Below the pieces are notes generated by a model that was not told where the DNA came from, did not search any database, and saw only the letters and a program-made list of their open reading frames with translations. Below are positions 63,590 through 64,000 of a stretch of DNA of 64,000 nt, piece after piece (positions within the stretch are counted from its first letter, which is position 1; each line of letters opens with the position of its first letter). A program made the position numbers and the translations under genes. Source of the DNA: Camelus dromedarius. Lineage: Eukaryota. The stretch spans positions 31,126,001-31,190,000 of the forward strand of contig NC_087436.1 in NCBI RefSeq assembly GCF_036321535.1. Reading direction: 5' to 3'.

Positions 63590-64000
63590 TTGGTACTCTA
63601 ATGTTATTGTTTCAATTTCCTCAAATCTAGATGGCTATATTCTCATTTTTGCTTCTGCTTTCAATCTGTTGTAATATGTTATTGTGCTTTAAGAATGTAA
63701 TGAAAATCTAGCCTCACACAGATATGTAGTTATAAATGGTAGAAATATTTTGATAGTCTTTTCAGATACTCACAGATATTCTACTTTGATACTACACTAA
63801 AACTCAATAAATGTTAGTTCTTAAAGATTAGCTGAAATGTGGAATCTGAACCTTTCTCAATGAATTTTTGTAGTGTGTTTCATTAAAATCCATTGGTCTA
63901 ACATGAACTTTAAATGAGTTCTTAATCATGTATGATTTTTGTAATACCATTTAAATGTTGGTCACTTGAAAAATATTGCTTTATTGAGTTAAGGAGATCT
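63590..64000. mobile_element. Charlie1-type hAT transposon fragment (runs off the window)
   Basis: GAAAATCTAGCCTCACACAGATATGTAGTT...CTTTGATACTACACTAAAACTC...AATGTGGAATCTGAA...CATTAAAATCCATTGGTCTA. Confidence 0.85.

Noticed and set aside
1..64000. CRISPR array, operon or prokaryotic/viral defence system
   Set aside because: No regularly spaced repeat-spacer array and no gene-dense ORFs. The DNA is clearly mammalian and repeat-rich.

Overview
AT-rich, CpG-depleted mammalian genomic DNA, very probably camelid (camel/alpaca). The clue is a tRNA-derived SINE with a ...CTAATTACCTCCCCCACC tail plus lineage-type L1 3' ends, recognised by eye and not database-verified. I find no intact protein-coding gene. 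The ORFs I can assign are fragments of LINE-1 ORF2 or a hAT (Charlie-type) transposase. The rest look like chance ORFs. About half of the window is recognisable transposon debris: L1 of several ages, L2, MIR, ERVL/MaLR LTRs, and hAT and Tigger DNA elements. Subfamily names and old-element boundaries are approximate. The most notable items are: (1) a long near-perfect inverted repeat at 40216-40378 with 32-bp perfect outer arms that no repeat I know explains; (2) a 32-nt tailless U2 snRNA retrocopy with a perfect 19-bp target-site duplication; (3) several well-formed minus-strand exon candidates with stops in all frames, plus a CpG-retaining ETS/STAT-motif patch near 60.9 kb, which hint at a spliced minus-strand non-coding transcript or a long intron. 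The sequence alone does not support a new multi-gene biological system.
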